From: Selaginella moellendorffii
Lineage: Eukaryota; Plantae; Lycopodiophyta
Reading direction: 5' to 3'
DNA length: 64,000 bases
Assembly (NCBI RefSeq): GCF_000143415.4
Contig: NW_003314314.1
Coordinates: forward strand, 439,771-503,770
This document shows positions 35,889 through 49,395 of this stretch, in pieces; position 1 is the stretch's first letter, and every line of letters starts with the position of its first letter. Both the position numbers and the translations under genes were made by a program. A model generated the notes under the pieces. That model worked only from the letters and a program-made list of their open reading frames with translations. It was not told the DNA's origin and did not search any database.

Positions 35889-37876
35889 TATTCCCACTTG
35901 TGAGTGTTGTTGAGAGTTTTTGCTTTACTGTTACTATTGAAAAGTTTATATATTCCTTTGAGAGTGTGGAAATTGTTATTGATTTTTTTGTCTTTAAGTG
36001 TTGAGTTGTGTGTTGAAAAGGTTGAGTGGTGTGAATCTTGTACTTATATTGTGGTGGCTAAAGTATTTTTCCAAGATTTGAGCATATGTTTTTCTTTTGA
36101 TTTCCTCATTTCTGCATTGTTAGGTGCTTTAAATTCCTCTTTTAATGCTTCTTTATCCACTTTTTCTTCTTTCATAATTGTTTTTCCTCAATTTTTCTCA
36201 TTTTCTTCTTTTTGCCCTAATATTTCAAACTTTTTTTTCTTCAAAGGAGGGGGTAGAGGGGATGGATGGGAGTTTGGCCCCGACAATAGAGTGAGGATGA
36301 GTGAATACGGTAGTGGAGCGAGGATTAATGATATAAATTATGGAGTGAGAACGAGTATAGAGAGTCTGAACAAAATATCTAACCCTAACGTAATAAGGCT
36401 TAACAGATGCAATAGTGGAGTGAGGCCGAACATAGATGGCAAAGTGATAATGAGCGTAATAAGTTCGAATAGAGTCAATGTTTTTTTCCTTCGAGGAGGG
36501 ATAAAAAGGATGTGGAGGATGAATAGAGTAAGTCCAATCTCACATATACAATGCTAGACGAGGATGATAGTTTTACTTATGGTCCTAAGTCCAAGTTAAT
36601 GGTTGTCTTGGAAGATTGTCAACATACAGATTTAGAGACATGATATATTGTTTGCTACAATGATGTTCTATAGACTGTAATGGCTCTCAAAGTCCTTTAT
36701 TTCCATTCAAAGTTATGGTTGCATGATTGGTTTGAGCATTTGGGAAGTATATCTAGAGTTGCAATTAGTTCGCTAGGATTCTATAATCGGCTGATACTTA
36801 TGCCATGGTTTTAAATTTTATTTCAGTCATGGTTATTAACAACTTTATTGGTGGTATTGTGGGAGTTTACAATTCTTGTGGTAATTTATAATTATCCAAT
36901 AGAAACTCTAGATATTCCACTTGACTTATTATCATCACCTTTTCATCTTCCGGAAGGGAAGATGGTGTAAGGTTTGTAAATACATGTATATATATATATA
37001 TATTACTCTGCTTAAGGTAATACACTAATTTTAATACTAAAGCATATGGATTGTCCATTTGGGATTGAATCTAGTCCATCCATTTTTGTATATAAGCAAG
37101 GGCTTAAACCCCAATTAATATACCTATTCTTACTCACACACATTATAGTAAGCCTTAATTAGATTTACCAAAACAAAAGTAGCTGAATAAATATCCTACC
37201 AAAATTGTACTAATAAAGTTGGTGTCTCATAATAAAATATTCTATGAGTTTACAAGTTTTTATATTAGCAGCAAGGGATTAAAACTCCTTATATGTTTAA
37301 GGGCTTGAAATCAAAGTATTCTCTGCAAAGATCCAGGCTAGAGGGAAAGAGCACATATCATTGCTAAGGTCTTGAGAGGTATCCATATACTAAGATTGGT
37401 GCTTGAATGCCAAATGGCTCATAAGAGTGAATATTGTGAGCTCAACTGCTCTAGCTATTTGAAAACTTTGAGATTTTTGCAAGAAGTTTCATTAAAATCA
37501 TCTTAATGGAGTGGGGAGCCCTCACCTTTAGAGGGTAAGAGGCCATAGTCACAACATCATTCCCCACAATCGTCAGCATTCTGATTTTAATTTCCAATGC
37601 TATTGATAACATGGATACTAAAAAGCATGAAACTTTTATAAAACCCAAGGTTGCTGCTTTAAAAATCTAAACGATTTCGCAAATACCAATAGTGTAATAC
37701 GTAAAGGTGAAAGCCACTCCCTTTTTATTAAGCTAAATCACTAGTTTAGAGCGAAAAGAAACCAGGCGTATATCCAAGGGGTGAAAAGATATTTTAGCAC
37801 AGGATACGTTTAGGGCTCTTGAGGTGAGCATATTTTCTCCTGTGGTCTCTAGAGGTTTCTAAACATTGGTGCGTAG

Positions 37877-40462
37877 ATGGCGAGCGCGAGTACCAGCCTA
37901 GCTGCGCTCACAGCCCTCAATTCCACCTTCCTCTCCGGCTCCAATTCGGCTTCTCCGCTGGGACTTAGCTTCCCCAAGCGAAGGCAATGGCGACACAAGA
38001 GCTGTGTGCGCACCTCCGCAATGGCCAAGGAGCTTGTCTTCAACAAGGACGGCCAAGCCACCAAAAGACTCCAGGTTTGCAGAAAAGCTTTCTCTCTCGG
38101 ATTGGCATTGGGCCATTGGCGAGTTTTTCTTATCGGGTTTTTGCGAAACAGGCTGGAGTGAACAAGCTCGCGGATCTTGTTGGAGTGACTTTGGGTCCCA
38201 AAGGAAGGAATGTCGTCCTCGAGAGTAAGTATGGTTCTCCAAAGATTATCAACGATGGTGTCACGGTGACCAAGGAAGTATGTGTCTTGTCTTTCTTGTT
38301 GATGCTGTGGTTTGCTGATGGAAATGTATTTTAGATTGAATTGGAAGACCCGGTTGAGAACATTGGTGTGAAACTCGTGAGGCAAGCTGCTTCTAAAACC
38401 AACGATTTGGCTGGGGATGGGACGACGACTTCCTTGATCCTGGCACAAGGATTGATTGCCGAAGGCGTCAAGGTTTTTTTCGTTTTTTTGTTCTTCCAGA
38501 TTCATTAAGCCTTCTGCTTGGCTGTAGGTTGTGGCTGCTGGCTCGAATCCTATTCAAATCACGAGGGGAATTGACAAAACCATCGCAGCTCTGGTGAAGG
38601 AGCTGAAGGAGATTTCGAAAGAGGTTTGCTTTTCCGGATTCCAAGTTGTATGTCAAGTGAAAAAAGTCTCTTTTCAGGTCGAGGATAGCGAGCTCGCAGA
38701 TGTTGCTACGGTGAGCGCCGGGAACAATGACGAAGTGGGCAAAATGATAGCCGAGGCCATGAACAAAGTCGGGAGGAAAGGCGTTGTCACTTTGGAAGAA
38801 GGCAAGAGTGCCGAGAACACACTGCACGTAGTCGAAGGCATGCAGTTCGAGCGCGGCTATATGTCTCCCTACTTCGTCACGGACACTGACAAGATGGCCG
38901 TAGAGTACGACAATTGCAAGGTAAAGATCTGTTTTTGGTTCTTGCTTGCTCCCGTGCTGATGAAGAGATGCGTGCACAGCTCCTCCTGGTTGACAGGAAG
39001 ATTGCTACTGCGAGAGACGTGATTGGAATCCTGGAAGATGCAATTCGCGGGGGCTACCCCCTTATGATTATGGCCGAGGAGATCGAGCAAGAAGCACTTG
39101 CAACTCTGGTTGTGAACCGGCTTCGTGGCTCTCTCAAGATTGTGGCCATCAAGGCCCCAGGATTTGGAGAGAGGAAGACTCAGTATCTCGAGGATATTGC
39201 CATCCTCACTGGAGGTAAGGAGAGTTTTTTTTGTTTTCCAGAGGCTTGTGCTTATCGATTTGTATATCGTAGGCACGGTTGTGCGGGAAGAAGTTGGGCT
39301 GTCTTTGGATAAAGTTGGCCGTGAAGTCCTTGGGACTGCTGCAAAGCTGGTGGTAACAAAGGATTCGACGACAATTGTCGGGGATGGAAGCACACAGGAG
39401 GCCGTCACAAAGCGCGTTACTCAAATTCGCAACTTGATGGAGGTGTTGTTATTTCTATTCTCTGTCACGAAGCTAACTTATGTTTGTAGGTTGCCGAACA
39501 AAGCTACGAAAAGGAGAAGCTGAACGAACGTATTGCCAAATTGTCCGGTGGAGTTGCAGTTGTGACTGTAAGACATCGCTTTTTTTGCCGTTTCCGGAAA
39601 AAATTCTTCTGACATTGATTCGCGCAGGTGGGAGCTCAAACGGAAACCGAGCTGAAAGAGAAGAAGCTTAGAGTGGAGGACGCTCTAAATGCAACAAAGG
39701 TAATATACCGGTCTTGTCACCCGTTTTTTCTGCAATTCCTCGCTTTTCGCAGGCTGCTGTTGAGGAAGGCATCGTTGTTGGTGGAGGCACAGCTCTTTTG
39801 AGGCTGTCGAAGAAAGTGGATGCCATCAAGGAAACGCTTGAAAACCAGGAGCAAAAGGTAAGGATATAGCGCTTTCGCCATCTCTTTGACAAGTTTGGAT
39901 GAATCGCTTGCCAGATTGGCGCAGACATTGTCAAGCGCGCCTTGGGCTACCCGATCAAACTCATCGCCAAGAATGCAGGAGTGAACGGGAGCGTGGTCGT
40001 CGAAAAGGTTGGCAAAACTTCGTTTCATGCGCTTACCGACTTGCATGCATGGATTTTCCAGGTTTTGGCCAATGATAACTTCAACTTTGGCTACAACGCA
40101 GCCACAGGAACCTACGAGGATCTCATGGCGGCAGGAATTATCGATCCCACAAAGGTAAGAAAAAAGAAAAAAAAACACACTAGAGTTTCAAGTAGAAAGC
40201 GATAAATTTTCTCTTGGTTGTTTCGTTCTCTCAGGTGGTGAGGTGCTGCCTTGAACACGCGGGATCAGTGGCCAAGACCTTTCTTACGTCGGACGTTGTG
40301 GTAGTAGACATCAAAGAAGAGTTTATTCCCACTGGAGCTGCGCAAGGAATGGCCATGGACAATTCAGGTACATTGTCTCTTCTTTCCTTTTGTTTTTGGT
40401 TTTTGGGCTATTGTGAGTGATGGAATCTCTGGGTTTTGGCTGCAGGCTATCCTCCTTACTAA
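37877..40462 (+). CDS. CPN60B: Plastid chaperonin 60 beta subunit
   Basis: Transit peptide; [73 protein letters not shown]. Confidence 0.96.
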
Positions 40463-40979
40463 GCAGGATCCACACATTTTGTTTCTATCGTGATTTTTTT
40501 TTGTTTTCTTTGGTACGTGCGGAAGAAGTATCAAACAAGTTTTGCGAGCAAAGCAAACACAGCAGTTCTATTGCAGTTCTCTATTGTAGTTCAGTTTCAT
40601 AACGGCCTTGAATGGAAAGATTTTTGTTTGTTGAAGTGAATGAAGAAAAACTTCAACACCTTTTTGTGGATGAGGAAAATGTTGGTGAATTTTCATAGAT
40701 ATTTTAGACAAAAAAGGCTTGAATTTTTTTTATTTTTTTTCTTGTTTTTAATTTCTGCTTCAGGAGAAACTTCAACACATTTTTGGATGAGAGAAACAAT
40801 TCCATAAATATTTTTTAGACAAAAAGAAAAACCGTTAAAAAATTTTGTGGTGAGTGTACATGCCTGTCTTTTTTTGTTGGTTGTGGTGACAAAGGTTCCT
40901 CTTCTGGACCAACATTGGAGATCACAAGAACAAGGAATCACCACCCTGCTGATATTTCTTCTGCAAAACCATTCCATCC

Positions 40980-43023
40980 TCAGATCTCAACCTTCATGTG
41001 CCCTGTGGGTAGCTGCACTGAGATTTGTGAAAACAGAGTCAGAGCCAATTTGCAAAAGATCTACAGCCAAGATCCCAACCTTGCAGCTCCTGAGATAGTG
41101 CTCCAAAGCTCATCTGGACAACGCTTTGCAACTCGCCGTCCCAGACACTAGATGCCTGGAAGAAAAAGAAGAAAGAAGCATATGAGCTTTTTGCTGGAAG
41201 GAGATAAGGACTTACTTGAGATGCCGCATCTGTAAAGCCACCCTCCCCTGGAGCCCGGATTGCATTCTCCACTGTGCTGCTCAAGGCCCTGAGATCGAGG
41301 CCGCAACTTCCCAGTTGCATTACGGCCGCTTGTGCCTGCTGGAGCTGCTGGAGGTGGGAGTATGTGGAGCTCATATCATGGTTTAGAACAATGGGTGAAG
41401 TGGATCCACGGCCTTGGAGCACCTGTAAATGCAATCAGTAAGGCTGGGATCGGGATGGTCGTATGTGATCCAAGCTCACCTCTTTGGTTAGTAGGCCGTC
41501 CAAGTTGATGTCTAGCCTGGGATTTACCGCGGCTAACTTCATGGAGAGGAACTGTGGAAGAGAAAAGCCTGGCTTAGTTCCAATGATCCACTAGGCTACA
41601 GCTGAGAGACCACCGTACCTCGACTTGGCGCTGTAGAGATTGGACGTAGTTGATTATCTCGTCGAGCATGACAGCTTTACCGGTGACCTGAAGAGAATAA
41701 ACTTGCGTTAGAGTTTTTCTCTTGTCCTACATTATTATGTAAACAGCACCTTGCTGCAACCTGGTACCAAGTCCTGCAGAAACTTCATTCGCTCGCTGAT
41801 CTTCTCTCTTCGAACCTGTACGTGCATTAGTTCATGTTAGATTAGATTCTCGCCGCACTACATGCAGAAACAAAAAAGAGATATACTCACTCTTTCGGCA
41901 AGGCTGTGGCTGTCAGTTGCTTGGCCTCTTCGAGCTCTCACATGAATGTAATCTTGCTTCGGGGGCTCCGGGGGCTTGGAGTTCTCTTTTACGGACTTTG
42001 GGCTCGAGCTGCCAGAGTTTTCACTGCTACTCCTCTCCGTCTTTGTTTTAGCCTCGTCCTTTTCCTTGGACCCCTCGGATGCCTTTTGGCGCTTGACTTT
42101 TGTCTCTTCGCCTTCGGGGTTCTACACATCCACAGAAACGTTACAAAGTTAGCCTATATTCGTTCTAGCCACTCACGCATCATTCAGAAATGCAGTACCT
42201 TTACGTCTCTCCGGATTGGAGCATCCTTGCATTTGTCTTCGCTGGTCTTTCTCTTTTTGTTGCCTTGCTCCATTGAATTCTGTGCGGAGCTGAAAGAATC
42301 CTCCTTGGTGGGACTTGAGCCAGTTTCCTGGGAGACTTTATGGAGCTTGTTGAAGAGCTTGCCCTCGTCTAGCGCATTTTTCACGCCCTCATCCGCCGCA
42401 TTATTGTCGCCTCTCATACTCGACGTCCTGGACAGCTTGTTGGGACTTTGCTGCCCGTACCCGCCACCGCTGTGGAACGACGAGTACCTGGCAGCACGCT
42501 CCGCAAAGCCAGGATCCGCTGGAAAATCCGCAAAGCATTGCGACGAAATCCCTTGGAGAGCAAGGCCACCCTTTGAAGGATCCACTGTCAAGCTCAGGCC
42601 ATTCGACGTCGCCCAGGCATTCGAGGGAGCCCTCTCTATCCCTTGGCTCGGGCTCGACGCGAGCGAAGAAGGCCCATAAGTTAAGTTGCTGCCGGGATGC
42701 TTGCTAGCCTCGGAATTACTCGCCGAGACGACTGCGTTGCTGGCCGGCATCGCCGACGAGAAGGAGATGCTTGGGTCGACAAACTGATGCCAGTCACCGC
42801 TGCCAATGGCGTTCAGAAACTCGGGGCCGAAAGCGCTGCCTTCCGCCCCCGGCGCTGCTGCCCCCATTGGCCACGAAACCGGGCAGTCGGTTGATGGATA
42901 GCTCGAGTCCATGAAGTACTTGGATGATGATAAATCCGCGCCAATAGTACTGGAGAGTGGGACTGAGCTCCTCATATACGAGAATCCTTTGTGCTCTGAC
43001 GACGAAACGTGAGCCATGGCCAT
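40980..43023 (-). CDS. bHLH transcription factor, CIB/BPE-like (subfamily XII)
   Basis: [22 protein letters not shown]|[22 protein letters not shown]|[23 protein letters not shown]|[11 protein letters not shown]; [15 protein letters not shown]; ends HMKVEI*. Confidence 0.93.
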
Positions 43024-43929
43024 ATAGGAGGAGGAGGAGGAGGCACAAAGCAACTAACCAAGCTCAGCTCTCCAAGCGGATGCTCCGAGCTAGCCTTCAC
43101 AACTCTTGAATCGCTGATGCGTTGCAGTCATTCACCCTGTGTCACCCAAGTCAGAAGCGTGGAAAAAAAAAACTAAGCTTTCATCAATGCCAGAGAACCA
43201 GTTTCCAAGATCAAATTGGGAACACGACACCAAACAAATGTAAGCACTCCAAATTTGAGAATGGAACAGTTCTGTTCACTGATTCTAGACAGCCCTCGGG
43301 AGCCAACACTAACAAACAATTCACAGGCGAGAAATAAGATATGGCAAGGAAAGCAATCGTCGCGGCGGCAAAGTAGCGAAATCCACACACAATGCAGGTC
43401 CCAATTCACACGGCCAGGCACGAGAGAAGGCTATGCCATCCAAACTCGGGAAAAAGATCGAGAGAAGGAAGAAGTACCTGTCGAAAGATCCGTGAACATA
43501 TCTTGGATCGATTCCACAATGCCGGCTCGCGGCGCTACCCCTGGGGCCGAAATGCGGGAGAAATCGCCGAAATGCGGGAGAAATCGTGGACGAGAGCCGA
43601 ATATTTCCGGGAAATCCACAGCCGCGGGAGCTCCCGGCGATGAATCAAGCTCGAATCAAGACGACAGACCTCGATAATCTTGGCGCAAGCCGCCCGTCGG
43701 GATCGTCCACCACGGGAGGCGCAAAAGGGCCTTCTCAAAAACCCTGGAAATGGGGGAGGGCCTTTAACGAGTTCTTCCACAAAGACACGCATAGCCCAGC
43801 CCTCGCTTTTGTGGCTCTACCAGTACGGCACCGCCGCGAGCATCCCGGCGCCCGTACAAACGAATATTCCGGGACGTCCGTATATGTTGACCGGTCTCAT
43901 TGATTGGCCGGAAATGCGGAACGCCCGCG

Positions 43930-45270
43930 ACAGCTGCCTACGTGGCGGGCGCCCATAAGCGCCATGTCTGTCGGAATGCATCCAGTGGCGTGGGGCCACG
44001 TGTCAGAGCTTGCCACGTTGCGTCTTTTAATGGAAGGGGGACCGCACGCGGGAGGACGGGTTCGAATCCGGCACGCCTCACTGCGAGCGATTAATGTGCA
44101 GTGCACCAATGTACAAAGGTTTAATCAAAACAATTTCCATCCTTTCTTGTTTGATATTCTTATTGTTTATCAATATTAAATTCTTGTTCTACCATCGTTA
44201 CCCTTCCTGATCGCTGCTTGGCTTTTCTATGTTCCTGCCCATGGCTCAAATGCATGAATGCCTTTAAAAAACTGGGGAGAAAATACTGGAACTCCTATGT
44301 GAGATTGAGAAGCCCCCTGTCTCACATGGACAATCCAACCCATTGGAGTTATGGAATTTGTCCTTTGGCAATTTGATCCAGACAGTATCTTCCGTAGCGA
44401 TAGCATTCTCCCGCGAATATTCCATCGGCAGTTAGCGGGTTTAACTACGTTAAACCCGTAACCGCCATTTCAATCGCAGCCGTCAAATATCGCTTTCATC
44501 TGAAAAAAAGTGGCGCCTTTTACCTGGTGACTTTACCATTTTTACTTACGTGTACAATTCCCAGGGGTGGGCCCGGACAGACTGACATGGCTGTCGGCTA
44601 TGTGGCAAGGCCAGTGGCCAAATTCAAGCGGGCTTTGGGCCACCCGGGCTCACGTGTCAGCCCTTCACGTGACCTGGGGCCAATTATAAGCTACGAGGTC
44701 CGCTGACGTCCGCCGGACTGCGTCAGCGCAATACCCGGCTTTACCGCATCGCCATGTCATATGCGCGCCAGCAAGGCCCGCGCACCTCCACGTCGCCTCC
44801 AGCTCATGGCCGACGTGTCGGGGCGCGCCTCTCGAAAAGATGGGGGTTCGATTCCCCCTCTCTCTCTGATGACGTCCTTCTCACACACGTCACTCTCCCA
44901 GTGGGCTTTTTTGCCTGTACAGTGGACCCAGCCAAATGGCTAAATGGCCTCTGCCACGCTGGCAGCAAAATGCCGGGGGCAGTACCGGGCAAAGCCGCTT
45001 GAATGCCAGCATTATCGAGGCCTGGCCAGTCTTTGTCCGGGGCCCCGGTCAAAATCTCGCCTTGTCACGTCAGCGGCAGAAGGGAGAAGGGAAGGCACGC
45101 GTGGGAGACGTATGGGCGTTATTGTAAAGAAATACCAACTCACACTGCCCTAAAGAAATTGTCCCTTCTTTCCCTTTTCTTTTATCTACTTCGGTCAGTG
45201 ACGCGTACAAATGTATGTGCATGGGAATACACTTCTATATACAGTTATGCTACGCTGCTGGACGTGTATG
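43930..45270. promoter_or_regulatory. Dense cluster of ACGT-core (G-box/ABRE/C-box) elements upstream of the bHLH
   Basis: TACGTGGC, CCACGTGTC, TCACGTGTC, TCACGTGA, TGACGTC, GACGTGTC, TCACGTCA in GC-rich non-coding DNA. Confidence 0.55.
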
Positions 45271-47699
45271 TGGCTATGGAAATACATTTCCACATACAGC
45301 CATACCTTCCTCTCTCTCCCTAGGGACAAGAGAAAAAACTTCCTCCCCAACTGCAGCAGATGCCTCAACTTGGCAATTGATGGGAAGTGGGGACTTTGTC
45401 TCTCACAGTGGGGACTGTTTGCATTTGTGTATAGGGCTGCTGTTTCTGGGGCTTTCTGATCACCACATTCAATTTCTTCCCAATGTGGTCCAGGTAAAAA
45501 CTTGTTTGCTCACTCTTGGAGGATAAGCAGGATAGATTCTTCTGAGTGTGGGTGATTAGTTGCTGGTTTCTCAAGAGAGAAATCTATCTGAGAAAGGCAG
45601 GAAGGGGGAGGGAGAAGATCAAGCATCATTTCAGATATAGATTGCTCATCCACCACCCTGACAAATGCCACCCTCCCTTTTTTCTTCACTAGAAAAAAAG
45701 ATAAAAACAAAGAGGGGGGAGGGGCTAGCAGTGTAAGGGTCATTTTTCTTTTTATTAGAAGGAATGATGGACCCCTCCAACATGGGACCAAAATCTTTGT
45801 CCTCCAAAGGTCCCCAGTTGCCCCCACCTAGGGCAATTTGTCAATATTTGTTGTTCCTGTTTTCTAGCCTTGCTTTGCTTTTACCCAGAAGAAAGAATTG
45901 GGGGGGTGATGGAGTTATGGGACCAACCAAAAGCCAGCAACAACAACATTTATAAAAATCATATACATGTATATAGTTCTCTAACAAACTCTATCATTGC
46001 TTTCTTTGTTTGTTATTTATTTGACTGGCTCTCTCCTCCCTCCATGCCCCCAAGGCCCGTTCCACAAAACTGAAGAAAAAGGAGATTGTCCTGTTGATCT
46101 ATGATCTAGCTATTTTTCTGCTTTGTGCATTATTCCCTCCCCTCTTTTCTCCTTCAAGCTGGTACTCAATCATGAAAAGACTCCACAGCAACTCAATACT
46201 GCTGGCTGGCTGGCTGAGGGGTACTTGGGAAAAGTTCTAAAGTTCTAACCCCTCCCTCAAAAGAAAACAAAAAAGAAAAGAGTGAGACAATGGTTAGGAT
46301 TCAAAATGATGTGCTTGTCTTTGTGTGTGTGTTTTGCATAGCTGTGCATTCTCATCTTGTCTGGCTTAGGTCTCAAGTAACACACACAGACACAAATCAA
46401 GATGTATCAACAGTAGAGCTGTGGAGACTTTGTTGATAAGCTCGTGTTGGTTTATACATCTTTTTCCTCAGCTGTATGAAAACAAAGGGGCAACCAACTG
46501 AGAACAAAGTGCTCCTTGCAAATTGCACCCCACAGCAAACAATCTGCTGGTGCTGTGGTTGTAAAGAGCTCTCCCCTTTCCATTGTCAGTAGATTTCTTC
46601 GAGTCTGGTGAAAGAATCACATCACTTTTTTCCCCTTTTCTTTTTTTTTTTTAAGGAAGGGGAAAAATGCAAAAATTAAAAGTGTGGATTTCAGTGGGAT
46701 TTTAGCTGGTTTTTGTTGTGCCAGCCACCAGCCAGCATCTTTGTGGCTTGTCTACACTACTGCAAAACGAATGAATCTCACAATCAGCCCTCAAACTTCA
46801 TCCGGCAAGACCAAGCCCCGTGTCAACTTTTGTTTTAAAAGCACGTCATACTCAAGCAGAAAAATTCCAACGCTTAACTAGACACCGATGTGGTAGCAAC
46901 GCCCAGAATCCCCTTTCAGACCAGTAGACAGGATTCTCACCAATATCTTCTCTTTGATATATAGTTGACATCGTTTTCTCCTTCAACAAAAAAGTTGGCG
47001 GTCATGCTTTCCCTTCGTTAAACGGGCTGAAATTCTCGACTTTTAAAAAATGTGATACCTTGTCTTGGTCTGAAGTACACGCGCTTCGCAGTAGCTGGCC
47101 GGATCGGCCAAATAAAAATCGCTACAATATAGTATTATCGGGAAGAAGTGGGATCTTCGTCCTCTTAAAACGTACAGGGTGGTGGGATTTCCTCTCCAAA
47201 GTTTCCTCACGCGGAGGAGGAAAGAATCATTGGGAACAAGGTGGCGGAGCACTTGTTTTATGCGCTCGAGATTCGCTCGAGCCGAGAGAGCTCTAAAGAG
47301 CCTTGCCTTTTCTTTTTTCCTCCTTCCCGGATGGATGTTCTAACGCTTTTGTATATTACTTGAAAACTCCCAAATGCAAGCCAGAGCGTCCTAGGCCAAG
47401 ATCTTGTACACCCAACACTCAGATCTTGTGGCTTATTCTAAGCATCTTTGTGATCGAAGTGTCGACACCGGAAAGAAAGAGATCCAGTGCCGCAAGGAAA
47501 GCTCAAACTAGTCGCCGATATAGTTTTGTAAGCCAACTTTCCACTGGGGTTCAATCTAGACCATTCCTTGTTGTATATATAACTAATTATCTAGATTATA
47601 CAAGACAATTTATATATGAATCAACGGTCTTTTGTATCTCCACTTTATTAATTATTGAGAATAACTTAGATTTTGTTTGTGTGGCTCTTGCAAGCACTA

Positions 47700-49271
47700 C
47701 GTAAGACAATTGCCCCCGTTTTCCATATCGTTCTCGTTTTGCTGCCAAACTATCTTCCATCCAGCCGGGAGTAAGTTGGTGCTTAGCTTTCAGTCATCAA
47801 AGCCTGATGGATACGAGATAATATACTCTTCTCTCCAATCCTTCTTTTAAGAGCTTTGCTGGCTTGTGGTGTGATGTTTCTCTACAGCTCTACTTTACAT
47901 TGTCGAGATCATTGGCGTTGCATCCATCGCTCGATCGCTGGATGGATCACACGGCTCATGATTACACGCCCAAAATTCCACCTTGTGAAAGAGACTCTGT
48001 AAGATACGCTTTCACACAATGATAAGGAAGGAATTCTTATATCTCGCTTTGCTCCAGGTTAAGCTTGGAGGTTTTAATGAAACCATGTGCCAAGGATCAT
48101 TAAATCCGTGACGGTTAAGTTTTAAAACCTCGATCCTCGATCGATCGCTTTCCTGGCTTGGGCTTTCGTACTGGGTTCTCGCTATACTTTTTTTCTTTGA
48201 TCGCGGGATAAAAAAAACCATGTGGTTGTTCGAGTGTTTCATCCTTGCTGATTCTTCTTGTACTGGCTGCCATTGTGTCGCTTTAGTAGAACGAGGGGAA
48301 AAAAAATGGAGAGAAAACGAAATTTAAACTGGAAGCTTAACTTGTTCTTGCTCTCTTGCAACTGGCACGATCGAGGGTCATTGTTTTGAGAGATTCCCTT
48401 CTTTACAGCTGAACTAGCCCCGCACCATCCACCAAGATTTTCTGTGAGCTGGTTGTTTCGAGAGTACAGTCGCAACCTATCTGGAGAGCTAGATCCTGCA
48501 GGCACTCGAGATCCCACTAGTAAAAACTTTGAGCACCAGAAACTTTAAGAAAAAAGTGATAGCACACTCACAGGGACAAGAAGATTGCAGCCACTTGGAG
48601 ACCACCTGGAACAAAGGAATTCGATACTCAAAACGAGAAACCAAACAAAAGGAAGGGAGTAAAAAGAAGATTCTCACCTCTGTAATGAGCTTGTCCATTT
48701 TCATTTCGAACGCAGTATTGTTGCCGCTTTGGGATTGCTGCAATGGCACCACCGCCACCACCTCGTCTTTAGTTTCGCTCAAACTTTGAGAGTTATCTGA
48801 CTCCTTGCCGGTAAAACCACCTTCCAAACTCCTGCAAGTGTTCCTCTCTCCAAGTTAGAAGAAAGAAAAAAGCAAAGCCTTTAAGCGAGTAAGTTACCTT
48901 GAAGTCTGGATTTCCGCATCGTTGAAATTCCTCTCACGGCCCGAGTTTAGAGTTGACAATCCCAGCGCTCCAAAGTCGTCGCCTCGGGGGAAATGAGGAG
49001 CATAAGTTTGGTACCGCGCGGGCTCGAGAATCTTTTCCAGACGACGAGACAGATCTTTGCGTGACGGTGTTTGGCAGTACTTTGACAATTTAGCTCCCTC
49101 GATGAGAAACTCGATGGCGGACTTGATCACAGCATCCTCTCTCTCTCTCCAACGAGCAGCCTGAAAGTTTTCACCCAAGAGACAGGAAAAAAGTAAATGT
49201 AAGAGTAACCAAAGTTGACTTACCTGGATATTAGCAATAGTTTTGTCTCGAGACACCAGACTACGCTCCAT
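47700..49271 (-). CDS. Hypothetical multi-exon gene, no recognised domain; 3' end uncertain
   Basis: Open exons with GT-AG boundaries: MERSLVSRDKTIANIQ|AARWREREDAVIKSAIEFLIEG... Confidence 0.5.
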
Positions 49272-49395
49272 TGCCGAAGCTACAGCAAGAAAGTAAACAA
49301 ACACGGAATTCGTCGCCCTAACACTCGAAACTAAAGTATATTCATTTGCCCGGTTCAGAATATGCTCCCAGCAACCACTTGCTATAGAGGAACTT

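Noticed and set aside
35904-36557. 217-aa + strand ORF
   Set aside because: Low-complexity reading of decayed repeat DNA with no domain
46310-46400. miRNA-like hairpin
   Set aside because: Pairing comes from GT/CA microsatellites, and no conserved miRNA sequence was recognised
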